Assembly (NCBI GenBank): GCA_050633245.1
Contig: JBOEGD010000044.1
Coordinates: 1 to 52,432 of the forward strand
Origin: Calditrichia bacterium
Lineage (GTDB): Bacteria; Calditrichota; Calditrichia; RBG-13-44-9; J075
DNA length: 52,432 nt
Reading direction: 5' to 3'
The position numbers and the translations under genes were made by a program. Positions within the stretch are counted from its first letter, which is position 1. Every line of letters starts with the position of its first letter. The notes under the pieces are model-generated. The model ran no database searches, was not told the origin of the DNA, and saw only the letters and a list, made by a program, of their open reading frames with translations. This document shows, one piece after another, positions 10,343-20,490 of this stretch.

Positions 10343-10477
10343 AAGACTGCTCCATTATGACAATGCTCCAGTCTGGCCTTTGGAAAAAAGTATCCAAAAA
10401 AATGGGTCTTTTCCAAAAATGGAGCAGTTTTGAAAACTGCTCCATTTGGATATCATTCCAAGAATGCTCCAGTCTGG
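10343..10477. repeat. TGGAGCA palindromic repeat element, copy 1 (modules A-B-partial A)
   Basis: ACTGCTCCATTATGACAATGCTCCAGTCTGG (10346-10376), palindrome AATGGAGCAGTTTT-G-AAAACTGCTCCATT (10418-10446), AATGCTCCAGTCTGG (10463-10477). Confidence 0.9.
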
Positions 10478-10491
10478 AAGGAAAAACCGGT

Positions 10492-13400
10492 CTATTGTGC
10501 TTCCCGTTTGCGATATTCGGTAGGCGAGCAGTTAAACTGCTCCTGAAAGCAACGGGTGAAATAGGCTTGGCTACTAAAGCCTACTTGATAGGCAATTTCA
10601 GCAATGTTTCCAGCGTGTTGTTTTATTAGCTCGGCTGCACGCTGTAGCCGAAAGGTGCGAATAAATTCACTGGTAGACTGGTTGGTTAGCGCTTTTAGCT
10701 TGCGATGCAGTTGACCGCGACTCATGCCGATTTCATTGGCCAAACCCTCAACGCTGAACTCTTCATTATCCATGTGGGCTTCGATAATACCGGTAAGTTT
10801 TTCGAGGAAGATTTGATGAACAGAGGATACGGTAATATCCGTAGGACGTAATAACATCTCACCACTAAATTTATCGCGCATCGATCGACGAATTTTTATG
10901 AGGTTACGAACCCGCACCTGTAGCTCATCCGGGTTAAATGGTTTTAGCAAATAATCATCTGCGCCTGTTTCAAGCCCTGCCATCTTGTCTGCCTGGGCAG
11001 CTTTGGCGGTCAGTAGAATAATGGGAATGTGGTTTGTCTTTTCATTGGTCTTTAGCTCAGCACAGAGTTCATAGCCATCCATCTCCGGCATCATAACGTC
11101 ACTAATTATCAAATCTGGAATACGGGCAATTGCTTTTTCTACTCCTATGCGACCATTTTCTGCTTCAATTACACTATAATGACTCTGTAAACTTTCGCAG
11201 ATGAAGCGTCGTAAGTCGTGATGATCTTCTACAATCAAAACGAGAGTGTCATCAGGTTCACTGTTTGTAGATTCTGAATCTGATGCTCGTGCATCGCTAT
11301 TGTTTATGGCACCCGCGTCCAGGTGAGCTGGTGACTGTATTGCATGTTCGGAGGTTACAATTTCTTGTATCTGACCAAGCTCCTCTTCAGTGAAAACGGA
11401 TTTGCCGATTGGTAAGACGACCTCAAAACTAGTCTCTACATTTTGCTTACTGTGGGCGGTAACGGTTCCATGGTGCAGGCCTACCAACTCCTTCACTAAA
11501 GCCAGCCCGATGCCGGTGCCTTCAAATTCTCTCTTGCTATTTCCTTCCACCTGATAAAATCGCTCAAAGATGTGAGGTAGTTTTTCAGGAGGTATTCCGG
11601 GCCCGGTATTCAAAACTCGAAACACGACTTCGTCGTTATCCGGATTCAGTTTGTAGCTAAGATCGATTCTCCCGCCAGTTGGGGTAAATTTAAAAGCATT
11701 AGACAGTAGATTGTAGAACACCTTCTCTAACTTGTCCTTATCAAACCAGGCTTTGATAACATCTACGTCTTTTGCTTCTTCAAAAAGAATGTCATTTAGC
11801 GTCAGTGTTATTTGGCGTTGTGGGGCAAGTGATGCGAATGATGCAAAGATCCTGCGAATAAACCGGGCGATATCGCCTTCGGTTGCAGCGATTTTTAGCT
11901 CTCCGGCCTCTAGCTTGGACAAATCCAGCAGCTGATTAATTAGATTCAGCAACCTATCTGCATTCAACTCTATCAGACCTAATTCTTTTTGGTCGCTGGT
12001 TTCGTTTGCCCGTTTTTTTAAATTATCAATCATCCCAATAATCAGCGTGAGCGGCGTGCGAAATTCATGCGAAATATTGGCAAAAAATTGAGATTTCAGT
12101 TCATCGAGTTCTTTGAGCTTTTCAGATTGCTCAGCTAGCTGGTTACGTTGTTCTACTACCTGGGCAGTTCGCTCGGTTATCATCGACTCCAGTCGTTCCT
12201 GCTGCTTTCTAAACCGCCTAACGCGAGCCTGTACTATGCTGTAGACGAATCCGGTTGCTAAAATAAGGTAAAACAGATAGGCTGGCCAACTACGGTACCA
12301 TGGAGGAGAAATATCAATCTTTAAAGCGGCCTCCGTGCCCATCTTGCCATAGATGTTTTTTGAGCGAACTTTGAAGGTATAATTACCCTCAAAGATTCCG
12401 GTGTAATCTTTTCGCGTTTCACTCGTCCAGTCAGACCAGTTATCATCAAAGCCCTCGAGCTTGAACTGGAAGCGATTTGCTGCAGTGTTATGAAAAGTGG
12501 CTGACGAGAAAAGAAAGCGTAGCGAGTTTTCAGCATGAGACAATGACATTTCATCGAGAGCGGTTTTATTTGTGGAAAGGTCTTCGGCATTTCTAATATT
12601 GTTAACGGCATGGATCTGAGTATGAAATGCGTTTTTGTTGTCTGTTTCCAGCTGATGATTATATCGAGCCACACCCTCTGAACCAACGAACCAGACATCT
12701 CCGTTCTTTTCTGGATATATTGAGAACACATCACCCATATCATCCATACGCAGAAATGGTTCATCGAACCAGCTATAGCTTCCATCAGGATTCTTTATTG
12801 CCTTACCATTGACGGTTTGCTTGCCCTTACCAGCAACAATCCAGACGTTGTCATGTTGGTCCTGATCCAGATAGAAAACCCACGTTGAGCTATCAGCAAA
12901 AATTTCGCCGAAGGTGGGGTCGTGTTCAAAGCGCTGATTTGCTTCATTAAACCGCATGAGACCGCCCTGCGTACCAATCCGCAATGCGCCGTCGATCATT
13001 GCGGCATAGACATTATTTATAGGAATTCCTGAATCTTGATTAAATTCAGTAAGTATTATGTCTCTAAAAGGATCATCGCTTTTGATGTTGGAAAGTTTCA
13101 GCTTATACGCTAGCCCTTCATGCATTGACAACCAGAATTCGTCTGCGGACATCTGCACGATATTGGTAATCCGGCCCTTTACAGAGTCGATGAGAGAATG
13201 AAAAACCCAGCGGTTGTTTTCCTTCTTCATAAAGCTTAACCCACGCCACAGCCCTACAAATAAATAATCAGGATAGTCTTCTGAATTGAACATGCAGGAT
13301 GGCTGCACTGTCTGCCATTCATAAATAGGAAAAGATTTGTCATTGCGAACTTCAGCCAAACCAAGGTTTGAGCTAACCAGGAGCTTCCCATCTATCTCTT

Positions 13401-14601
13401 TAATATCCCAAACCTGATTTGGCAGGTCTGGAATCAGTTGAAATCTTGGAACATATTGTCTGTCCAGATCACTTTTAGAACTCGAATTCATTTGGTTTTT
13501 ACGATGAGACGGATCTAATACAAACAGACCACTGGTAGAGCCTACATATAGCTTCGAATCGTGGCGTAATGCTGTCACTATCGTGCCATTTAAGCCGGTA
13601 TCATGGCGAAAGCGGGTGAGTGGTGCTATCAATTCGATGCGAGACAGGCCATTGTTTAGTGTTACCCAAATGCCATTTTCACGATCTCTAAAAATGCTGG
13701 TGCAATAGTTGTCCTGTAGGCCAATGGTTTTGTTGATGACCTGCTGGACGTTTCCAGACTTGTCGAAAAGCAGAAGTCCATTTCTTAAGGTTGCCAGGGC
13801 AAAAAGTCCGTTTCCAAGTGCGACACCGTTAAACGGTCTGCTATCGCTCACAAATTGCTGCTCAGGCATGAAAAATGGTTCAACAGACTTTGTATCGTAT
13901 ATAAACATTCCATGTTGTCGAGACGTCAATAGGTATTTTCCCTGCTCAAATGGCAGAAACGAAAAGACGAATTTATCTTTGAAAAACTCCCCTGCCGGAG
14001 CTAATTGTAGAGAGTCTCCACTGAGGAATTTTAGCCCAATGTTCCTTTCGAGTACATAAAGCACGTTGTCTATAAAATACGATTGATGATAACGCGTTTT
14101 TGTTCTCCACAAGTTGCAGGTGTCGTCCTTCAGGCGTATAACGTGGGTATTTGTTCGAAAGAATACCTGCCTCTCAGAAACATAGATGCTCCAGACGGAA
14201 CGAAAGTCCCTAAATTCTTCCGGAATTTTGTTCATAAGAGAGGTATATGTCAGAGTACCATAGCTATCTCGCTTAAAAAAGCCAATTTCTCCACTAGAAC
14301 CGATATAGATTCGATCTTTGTCCATGGCAATTGCTCGCACAGGCGATCGCCTTGGGAGTGCGTGAAGCTTCCAGTGGGTACCGTCGAACTCGAGTAAGCC
14401 ATCTGTATTTCCAAAATAGAGGATGCCGGCTTCATCCTGTGCAGCAGCCCAGTTCTGAGGATTGTATCCGTAATCGCTCGGACTGTAGTTTTGGATATAG
14501 GGAACCCCGGCTTCACGCCAGTTCTCAGAGTTCGTCTGAGCAAATAAGATTGAACTTACTAGAATCATTAATAGGATACATGTGGCGCGAATGTGTCGCA
14601 T
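10492..14601 (-). CDS. Hybrid two-component sensor/regulator (beta-propeller, Y_Y_Y, HisKA, HATPase, REC, AraC HTH)
   Basis: SHEFRTPL, NLLSNAFKF, GTGIGL, LIISDVMMP, GADDYLLKPF, IAYQVGFSSQAYF; start moved to MRHIRAT because the longer ORF begins inside a tandem repeat. Confidence 0.93.
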   Translation of the reverse strand: MRHIRATCILLMILVSSILFAQTNSENWREAGVPYIQNYSPSDYGYNPQNWAAAQDEAGILYFGNTDGLLEFDGTHWKLHALPRRSPVRAIAMDKDRIYIGSSGEIGFFKRDSYGTLTYTSLMNKIPEEFRDFRSVWSIYVSERQVFFRTNTHVIRLKDDTCNLWRTKTRYHQSYFIDNVLYVLERNIGLKFLSGDSLQLAPAGEFFKDKFVFSFLPFEQGKYLLTSRQHGMFIYDTKSVEPFFMPEQQFVSDSRPFNGVALGNGLFALATLRNGLLLFDKSGNVQQVINKTIGLQDNYCTSIFRDRENGIWVTLNNGLSRIELIAPLTRFRHDTGLNGTIVTALRHDSKLYVGSTSGLFVLDPSHRKNQMNSSSKSDLDRQYVPRFQLIPDLPNQVWDIKEIDGKLLVSSNLGLAEVRNDKSFPIYEWQTVQPSCMFNSEDYPDYLFVGLWRGLSFMKKENNRWVFHSLIDSVKGRITNIVQMSADEFWLSMHEGLAYKLKLSNIKSDDPFRDIILTEFNQDSGIPINNVYAAMIDGALRIGTQGGLMRFNEANQRFEHDPTFGEIFADSSTWVFYLDQDQHDNVWIVAGKGKQTVNGKAIKNPDGSYSWFDEPFLRMDDMGDVFSIYPEKNGDVWFVGSEGVARYNHQLETDNKNAFHTQIHAVNNIRNAEDLSTNKTALDEMSLSHAENSLRFLFSSATFHNTAANRFQFKLEGFDDNWSDWTSETRKDYTGIFEGNYTFKVRSKNIYGKMGTEAALKIDISPPWYRSWPAYLFYLILATGFVYSIVQARVRRFRKQQERLESMITERTAQVVEQRNQLAEQSEKLKELDELKSQFFANISHEFRTPLTLIIGMIDNLKKRANETSDQKELGLIELNADRLLNLINQLLDLSKLEAGELKIAATEGDIARFIRRIFASFASLAPQRQITLTLNDILFEEAKDVDVIKAWFDKDKLEKVFYNLLSNAFKFTPTGGRIDLSYKLNPDNDEVVFRVLNTGPGIPPEKLPHIFERFYQVEGNSKREFEGTGIGLALVKELVGLHHGTVTAHSKQNVETSFEVVLPIGKSVFTEEELGQIQEIVTSEHAIQSPAHLDAGAINNSDARASDSESTNSEPDDTLVLIVEDHHDLRRFICESLQSHYSVIEAENGRIGVEKAIARIPDLIISDVMMPEMDGYELCAELKTNEKTNHIPIILLTAKAAQADKMAGLETGADDYLLKPFNPDELQVRVRNLIKIRRSMRDKFSGEMLLRPTDITVSSVHQIFLEKLTGIIEAHMDNEEFSVEGLANEIGMSRGQLHRKLKALTNQSTSEFIRTFRLQRAAELIKQHAGNIAEIAYQVGFSSQAYFTRCFQEQFNCSPTEYRKREAQ

Positions 14602-14678
14602 TGTTATCCATATTTGGTAAGAGAGGAAGACAACTGTATTGTTAAAAGATAGGAAAAGTTGTCGGGAATTCAAAAGAG

Positions 14679-14794
14679 GCGAGAAGCGAGAAGCAAGAAG
14701 CAAGAAGCAAGAAGCAAGAAGCAAGAAGCAAGAAGCAAGAAGCAAGAAGCAAGAAGCAAGAAGCAAGAAGCAAGAAGCAAGAAGCAAGAAGCAA
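14679..14794. repeat. Tandem 7-mer (GAAGCAA)x15 preceded by degenerate GAAGCGA
   Basis: 15 perfect units at 14690-14794, about 90 bp upstream of the HTCS start. Confidence 0.97.
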
Positions 14795-14824
14795 TTGGTT
14801 TGCTGCCTGCTGCCTGCTCTCTAT

Positions 14825-16558
14825 TTACTTATAACGCCAACTTGTTAGATCAGCACCCTCTGGTGCGCTTTCGGCGATCCGCTTCATAATTTTGGGCACA
14901 TACATACTATTATATCGCAGGCGGGATATGTGGTTCGGATTTTCCTGATCGCCATTCCAACAGTGCTCGGCACGATCGCCATAATCCACTTCACCCGCAT
15001 AGTAGGGATCGGTCGTAGATTCCAAAAACTGCTCCATCAAATACGTGGCGTTGTTAAGATAGTAGTTGTCCATATCACCGGCGTAAATGTGGATTTTACC
15101 TTTTAGCTTTTCACCTATCTTATCCCAATCGCGCTCTAAGATATGACGTAAATCGTAATTGTCTCGCCAATATGTTGCGACTTCATGGTCTATTTCACCG
15201 GTCAGCTTATTCCATAGTCGTTTCGGATAGCCATCTTCATCCATTGGAGAATAAGTTGCTTCCCAGATGTCAAACTGTTGTCCGGAACGTCCACGGCTGC
15301 CCAGAACCGCTTCCAGCAAGTTATAGCCTTCCACCGTTATTGTCACGTGGCCAAGGTAATCGCGGTGCGCTGGTCTTGGTAATGTTTGGAATGGGCTCTT
15401 GTAAAAATAGGCATTCTCATCTTCATAGATATTAACCGTCATGTATGCACGAAAGTCAATAGGATCGGGGCAGGCTGCAAAACACCCATTGTATTCATCA
15501 GGATAAAGCACCTGTACGGCGAGTGCTTCCCAGCCGCCGGTTGAGCCACCATAGGTAAAGCGCGCCCATCCTTCTCCAATTCCCTGAAACTGCTTTTCGA
15601 TATAGGGAATCAGCTCATAAGTAATCGCGTCTCCGTACGGACCCTGTGCAGCCGAGTTGACAGCATATGAGTCGTCGTAATAGGGTGTGGGATGTTGAAT
15701 TTCGATGATTAGAAACCTTGGAAAGTCATCACTGGTCCAGGTTTTATAAAAGTCATATGCTTCCTGCTGCTGGATGATATTATAGCCATCTACATCAAAT
15801 CGCGCGCTATATTCCGGCTTAAGACCCGGATCTGGTGGAGTGGTTCGGAACCCGCCGAAATCGCTGGGAAAATGTCCGTGGAAAATCATCAGCGGAAACG
15901 TTGCTTCCGGATGTTTTTCAAAGTCCTTGGGAAGCAATACATGTGCGCCAAGATAAACCGGCTCTCCCCAGAAGTCGCTTAGCAATTTACTTTGCATGCG
16001 AATATGCTTAATGAATTTTGTATCTGCAGGTGGCTCAATCGGCGCAATCTCCTGGGTAAGATCCAGTTCGATCTGCTGCTTGGCGTTTTTTTTGACGGTT
16101 ACTTTTAGAACATCGCTGTAATAATTACCCGGCTTTTTATTCCACTGTTGTCCCTCTCCGCGATCCGGTGGGAGCTTTACAACTTTACCGTTTGCCAGCT
16201 TATAGGTGTGATAGCGATTTAACAGTGCCTGAATATAGTATTCGCCGGGAGGTATATCGCTGAGCTTTTTTAGCGGAAACCCAAGCGTTGTGTTGTCGAT
16301 TATGATGCTCTGCCCTGGTCGCCAGTTTTCTATATCGCGGCCAAAGATGAGCTGGGTATTTACGCCATTGTTAATCAGGAAACGCGGTTCTTTCTCATCG
16401 TGCGTTGCAAGCATAAATAAGAGTCGTCCATCCTGCACTTCAGCGGCCAGCTCCTTAGTAAGAGTAACCGAAACGGTAAGATCGCCCGCAGTAAGAGTTG
16501 TGCTGATTACGATAAGTACCATAGCCATTGCGCTGCGAATTAATTTGTAACTAAACAT
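14825..16558 (-). CDS. Secreted alpha/beta-hydrolase (putative esterase family)
   Basis: GGAGG RBS, signal peptide, GGSTGGW nucleophile elbow, GDMDNYYL, EHCW. Confidence 0.8.
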   Translation of the reverse strand: MFSYKLIRSAMAMVLIVISTTLTAGDLTVSVTLTKELAAEVQDGRLLFMLATHDEKEPRFLINNGVNTQLIFGRDIENWRPGQSIIIDNTTLGFPLKKLSDIPPGEYYIQALLNRYHTYKLANGKVVKLPPDRGEGQQWNKKPGNYYSDVLKVTVKKNAKQQIELDLTQEIAPIEPPADTKFIKHIRMQSKLLSDFWGEPVYLGAHVLLPKDFEKHPEATFPLMIFHGHFPSDFGGFRTTPPDPGLKPEYSARFDVDGYNIIQQQEAYDFYKTWTSDDFPRFLIIEIQHPTPYYDDSYAVNSAAQGPYGDAITYELIPYIEKQFQGIGEGWARFTYGGSTGGWEALAVQVLYPDEYNGCFAACPDPIDFRAYMTVNIYEDENAYFYKSPFQTLPRPAHRDYLGHVTITVEGYNLLEAVLGSRGRSGQQFDIWEATYSPMDEDGYPKRLWNKLTGEIDHEVATYWRDNYDLRHILERDWDKIGEKLKGKIHIYAGDMDNYYLNNATYLMEQFLESTTDPYYAGEVDYGDRAEHCWNGDQENPNHISRLRYNSMYVPKIMKRIAESAPEGADLTSWRYK

Positions 16559-16578
16559 GTTTCCTCCAGGAATACGAA

Positions 16579-17049
16579 TTAGTCTGTTGCCGGAAAATAC
16601 CAAACCCGGTTTACTTCACTGGCTTTTATTTCATAAACGGCTAGTGATGCCTGAGATTTTTCTCCTGATTTACCCTGCCAATAAGCCCGTTCGCGTACTG
16701 CAATGTAAGAGCCGGCGGGAGTAATCGATTCAATCTTTGAGCGTGCAGACGGAAGCGATTTAAAATAACCTGTCATGGAATGTACAAGTGCTTCCCGACC
16801 CTCGGCTTCCACTGCGAATGTATCTGCATACATCCCGTACCAGACAATGTCCTCTGCAAGAAACTTTCCCATTGCAGCGGGGTCGTGGTTATTAAAGGCA
16901 TTAACCAGACCTTTAACAAGCTGTACCTCTGGAAGAATGGATGGATTTTGTATTGCAACATCTGACTGAGATGACTTTTGTTCGGAGCAGGAGATGAATA
17001 GAAACACAAATAGGAAAAAAATTGCGTGACCAGCTTTTGTGATCTGCAT
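16579..17049 (-). CDS. SnoaL/NTF2-like lipoprotein
   Basis: Lipobox FISC; AFNNHD...LAEDIVW, AVYEIK pattern. Confidence 0.7.
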   Translation of the reverse strand: MQITKAGHAIFFLFVFLFISCSEQKSSQSDVAIQNPSILPEVQLVKGLVNAFNNHDPAAMGKFLAEDIVWYGMYADTFAVEAEGREALVHSMTGYFKSLPSARSKIESITPAGSYIAVRERAYWQGKSGEKSQASLAVYEIKASEVNRVWYFPATD

Positions 17050-17143
17050 GTTTGGCCTCGGTTCCGGTTGGAAGTGAATGCCCTAAAATGCCGAGAAATA
17101 GCGAAATAAGCAAATGGCCGTAGCGTATGGCAAGTTTCTGAAC

Positions 17144-18721
17144 TTAATATTTTAGCGCTTCCCAAACGGCATCCCGATTGGCTTGCCAGACCTTGTCGAT
17201 TGTACTGCGTGGAAGCTCTAATGTAATTGACGGAATCCTATTTTCCTTGCCGGCATAGGTTCCGAACGACCCGGGAGTTGGATAGCCGATATCGCCTTTT
17301 ACCAGATAGCCGTTTTTGGCTGCCATTTTATGAGCGAGCTTTTTTGCCGGGCCGTCAAAATTAACAACCTCTAGCGGTGTATGTACCGAAACGATGCGGT
17401 CTGGTTTATAGTTTTTCAGCAGACTCATTGCAATTCGCGCTTCAATCTCTGAGGCTGGCTCTGGTCCTGGATTTGTTTGACGCGATCGTGCTTTAGGCGT
17501 CCAGTTTTCGGTAGGAAAGTTACGATTCACGTCCACATTATTTGCATTCATGCGGGTATTGCGGATAAGGCCGTCCGGATTTAACACCGGCACAATAAGA
17601 ACGCGGGTATTTTTCAACGTTGGTTGGGTTGCATAAATGTGTTCGGCGAATTGCAATACGAACTCAACGCCGAGTTGTTCATTCCCGTGAAAACCACCAA
17701 AGATAAGCGTTGTGTTTTCGCCGTTTCCAAATTCATAGAGAAGGATATCGCGCTTTTCAGTAGACTGCCCAATTACGCGCCAGGGAATTTCACTATCAAG
17801 AATAGACTTGTAGATATTGTTACCGGCAGTAAACCGTCGGTTTAACCGGTAAGCTGATTTTGCAAACCGCTTGCCCATCTCGATATAGCCGTCGCTGTTG
17901 TAGTGCCATGGGTCTTTATCAAAGGTCAAGTCGCTTGTTCGAATAAGGGTGGCGTTGGGGTCTTTTTTAACAAAATTATTTTGAGCCTGCTGAACCTCTT
18001 TCAGGTAGTCCATCATTCTTCCGTCGTCGTCCATTCCGGAATCTGCGATTTCACCAATAACTACAGGCAAGTCATCTACGCGTAGTGCCGCGCGAAAAAG
18101 ATCAATTATTCGTCTCAGATTGGATTCGTAGGCGTTTGCTGCATCTTTATTTTTGTGTGCATCGGATTCCCCCTGCATCCAGAGAATGCCGGCGGGAATT
18201 AATCGATCATCCTCACCATCACCGTCGATGTCGCGAACAGCGAGAGCCTGATTAAGCGTCTTCAGGAAGTGATCGTACTGATTAATGCCGAACTCATCTT
18301 TATGATCGGGATCCCATGTACCATATCCAGATGCGCTCAATGCAATGGATGAGCCGCCTCGCGCGTATTTTATAAGTGCAATTGGGGTGTTCGGTTGCAG
18401 TTGGCGTAGCTGTTGTGCAAACGTCATTTCAGGACCGAATCGATCTGAGTATTGATTAGTGCGTCCATCAGAACTAAAGCCGGTTCCATTTCCTTCCTGT
18501 AGCGGGCTCCAAAGGCCAAGGGTTCCGGCTGCCTGATCGTCCGGTAGAATTTGTCCGTTGAACATCATAACGTCTGTAAACGGTTTGCGGAGATCTGCAG
18601 GAAGTTCCTTGTTATATCCAAAGCCTTCCATATTGGACTGTCCACCGAGGAAATAGAGCTGATAATCTTTTGCAGACAGATAACCTGCGCAGAGTAAAAG
18701 CAATGTTAGCACATACTTCAT
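17144..18721 (-). CDS. Fusion of SASA (sialate O-acetylesterase-like, SGNH) and M14 MpaA-like zinc peptidase domains
   Basis: N-terminal GQSNM, WMQGESDA, DPWH; C-terminal HGNE, NPDG, VDVNRNFP, SVH, GYPTPGSFG, ITLELP. Confidence 0.85.
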   Translation of the reverse strand: MKYVLTLLLLCAGYLSAKDYQLYFLGGQSNMEGFGYNKELPADLRKPFTDVMMFNGQILPDDQAAGTLGLWSPLQEGNGTGFSSDGRTNQYSDRFGPEMTFAQQLRQLQPNTPIALIKYARGGSSIALSASGYGTWDPDHKDEFGINQYDHFLKTLNQALAVRDIDGDGEDDRLIPAGILWMQGESDAHKNKDAANAYESNLRRIIDLFRAALRVDDLPVVIGEIADSGMDDDGRMMDYLKEVQQAQNNFVKKDPNATLIRTSDLTFDKDPWHYNSDGYIEMGKRFAKSAYRLNRRFTAGNNIYKSILDSEIPWRVIGQSTEKRDILLYEFGNGENTTLIFGGFHGNEQLGVEFVLQFAEHIYATQPTLKNTRVLIVPVLNPDGLIRNTRMNANNVDVNRNFPTENWTPKARSRQTNPGPEPASEIEARIAMSLLKNYKPDRIVSVHTPLEVVNFDGPAKKLAHKMAAKNGYLVKGDIGYPTPGSFGTYAGKENRIPSITLELPRSTIDKVWQANRDAVWEALKY

Positions 18722-18778
18722 GATGGTCTCCAATATTATTTATAATTTTCACCGCTGGCCCCTAGCCTGCCAAAGGGT

Positions 18779-19198
18779 TCACTTTTTGCCAATTGTCGAA
18801 TCTTGACCAGCAATCCAGCAGCGTGGATTGTTCTCGAATCCAACATGTTGATAATAGTCTTTTGCCGCAGGAGCAGCGAGTAGAATCAGATTGCATAGCG
18901 GACCAAGTGCTTCCTGAGTTATTTGCATGAGATGGATTCCGATGCCTTGTTTCTGATAGGCCTGATCTACCGCAAGATCGGATAGATAGCATGCGTAGTG
19001 AAAATCGGTTACGGATCTTGAAATACCGATCAGTTTTTCGCCATGCCATGCTGTAACCAAGATGTCTGCATGTTGCAGCATTCCCTTAATGCAATTTCGA
19101 TTGTGAACCGGACGACGTTCACCTAAGGTTGAGCGATTTAATACATCAATGAATTCATTGGCGCTAATTGGCCTGTCTGTTGCGTATTGGATTCTCAT
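18779..19198 (-). CDS. GNAT acetyltransferase
   Basis: YLSDLAVDQAYQKQGIG acetyl-CoA motif. Confidence 0.9.
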   Translation of the reverse strand: MRIQYATDRPISANEFIDVLNRSTLGERRPVHNRNCIKGMLQHADILVTAWHGEKLIGISRSVTDFHYACYLSDLAVDQAYQKQGIGIHLMQITQEALGPLCNLILLAAPAAKDYYQHVGFENNPRCWIAGQDSTIGKK

Positions 19199-19201
19199 AG
19201 A

Positions 19202-19579
19202 TTAGTCTTTCATAATAGCCAGTTGCTCAACGCGGTCGTTATTGTCAAGACGAATGACCAAATAGTTGGGCCCGGGAATAAGGCCATCATCGTTACCTAG
19301 CCGATACATCATCTGATAATCGCTAAAATAGCTGAGCCTTTTGGGCAAGCCGAGCACGTCAACAATGTCTTGGCGACTCATATCACGGGATTTATGTGTT
19401 TTAATAAAATCCTCAATCATTTCTAAGCGAATGATTGAGTTTGGATTTGCTGCCGCAGATTTCCAGAGCGTGCTGTCGAATTCTCGTTTTGTTGACTCTT
19501 CCGAGCTACAGGCTGTAGCAATTATCAGTAATTGGACAATAACCAATACGGGTGAATATAAGTTGTTCATTTTTTTCAT
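19202..19579 (-). CDS. Hypothetical lipoprotein
   Basis: Lipobox ATAC; FDSTLWK...RLEMIED...IVDVLGLP. Confidence 0.65.
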   Translation of the reverse strand: MKKMNNLYSPVLVIVQLLIIATACSSEESTKREFDSTLWKSAAANPNSIIRLEMIEDFIKTHKSRDMSRQDIVDVLGLPKRLSYFSDYQMMYRLGNDDGLIPGPNYLVIRLDNNDRVEQLAIMKD

Positions 19580-19623
19580 ACCAGCACCTCGAGGCAGAGA
19601 TAAGAGATACGATTGAAATGCGA

Positions 19624-20001
19624 TTAGTTCAAGTCAAAAATATCGTCCAGCGCGTATTCTTTCAAGTCTTCCAGATCGACATATTCGAGTACCGAGCGAT
19701 GTGTTGATTTCAGTGAAACCTTTGGAGCAGCACCGGCTTTCCAGGCTTCGATCCAGCGAGGTAAACAGATGCACCACTTATCTCCGGGCTTTAATCCACT
19801 AAACTTGTATTCCAATCTTGGCGTGGAAAGATCATTACCTGCTTCTTTGGAAAACTGCAGAAAATCTTCGGTCATTACTGCACAAACGGTGTGTTGACCA
19901 CGATCTTGCACGCAATTATCACATTTTCCATTGCGTGTGAAGCCTGTCAGTGGCTTCATGGAGCAGGTTTCGAGTTTGGTTCCGAGAACGTTCATTGCCA
20001 T
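19624..20001 (-). CDS. DUF2237 family protein
   Basis: NVLGTKLETCS, TGFTRNGKC, GNDLSTP, GDKWCIC. Confidence 0.9.
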   Translation of the reverse strand: MAMNVLGTKLETCSMKPLTGFTRNGKCDNCVQDRGQHTVCAVMTEDFLQFSKEAGNDLSTPRLEYKFSGLKPGDKWCICLPRWIEAWKAGAAPKVSLKSTHRSVLEYVDLEDLKEYALDDIFDLN

Positions 20002-20157
20002 TGTAAAATTCCAGGTATTAGAATTTGTTGAACTACATTTATTAAATATAGAACATTTCGTGTAATTTACGATATCATTAATAACTTTGAGGATGCTTCA
20101 CCCATTTTTTTTAAATAAATTTGAACCGAAGTGTTAATATGAATTGTGGAGAACATA

Positions 20158-20487
20158 ATGGAAGACCTGTTTCAGAAACTGGAAAAGATATGTCAGGTTT
20201 TCCCGAATAAAAATATTGATACCAAGATCATTGGTGAAGGAATCGGTTGTTTCGTTGTCGTTGGAAATGACCAACGAGCAGTAGAGCTTTATCCGAATAC
20301 TGAGGAAGGTACTTGGGTTTTAGATCCTGCATTGGGTGAGGAATTGCTCGGAGAGCTCGACTTTGCTTCGTTAGGAGAGGCTATTAGCGCTGCAGAAGAC
20401 TGGATTTTATCAGGCGGGAAAAAATCTTTTTTGAAAACACTCTCCAAAGTGCCTGATGTTGAACCTGACGAACACGACAAACTCTAA
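20158..20487 (+). CDS. Hypothetical acidic protein
   Basis: ORF with GGAGA RBS before the ATG at 20158; no family recognised. Confidence 0.55.
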   Translation: MEDLFQKLEKICQVFPNKNIDTKIIGEGIGCFVVVGNDQRAVELYPNTEEGTWVLDPALGEELLGELDFASLGEAISAAEDWILSGGKKSFLKTLSKVPDVEPDEHDKL

Positions 20488-20490
20488 GCC

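Noticed and set aside
10357-10629. Short ORFs spanning the TGGAGCA elements (also 38658-38855, 52214-52396, and the extension of paralog 3 to 52344)
   Set aside because: They arise from the repeat sequence or overlap real genes; better RBS-supported starts exist
14602-14889. LLASCF-repeat N-terminal extension of the HTCS and the plus-strand KKQEARS ORFs
   Set aside because: These are translations of the 7-mer DNA repeat; a signal-peptide-like start exists at 14601
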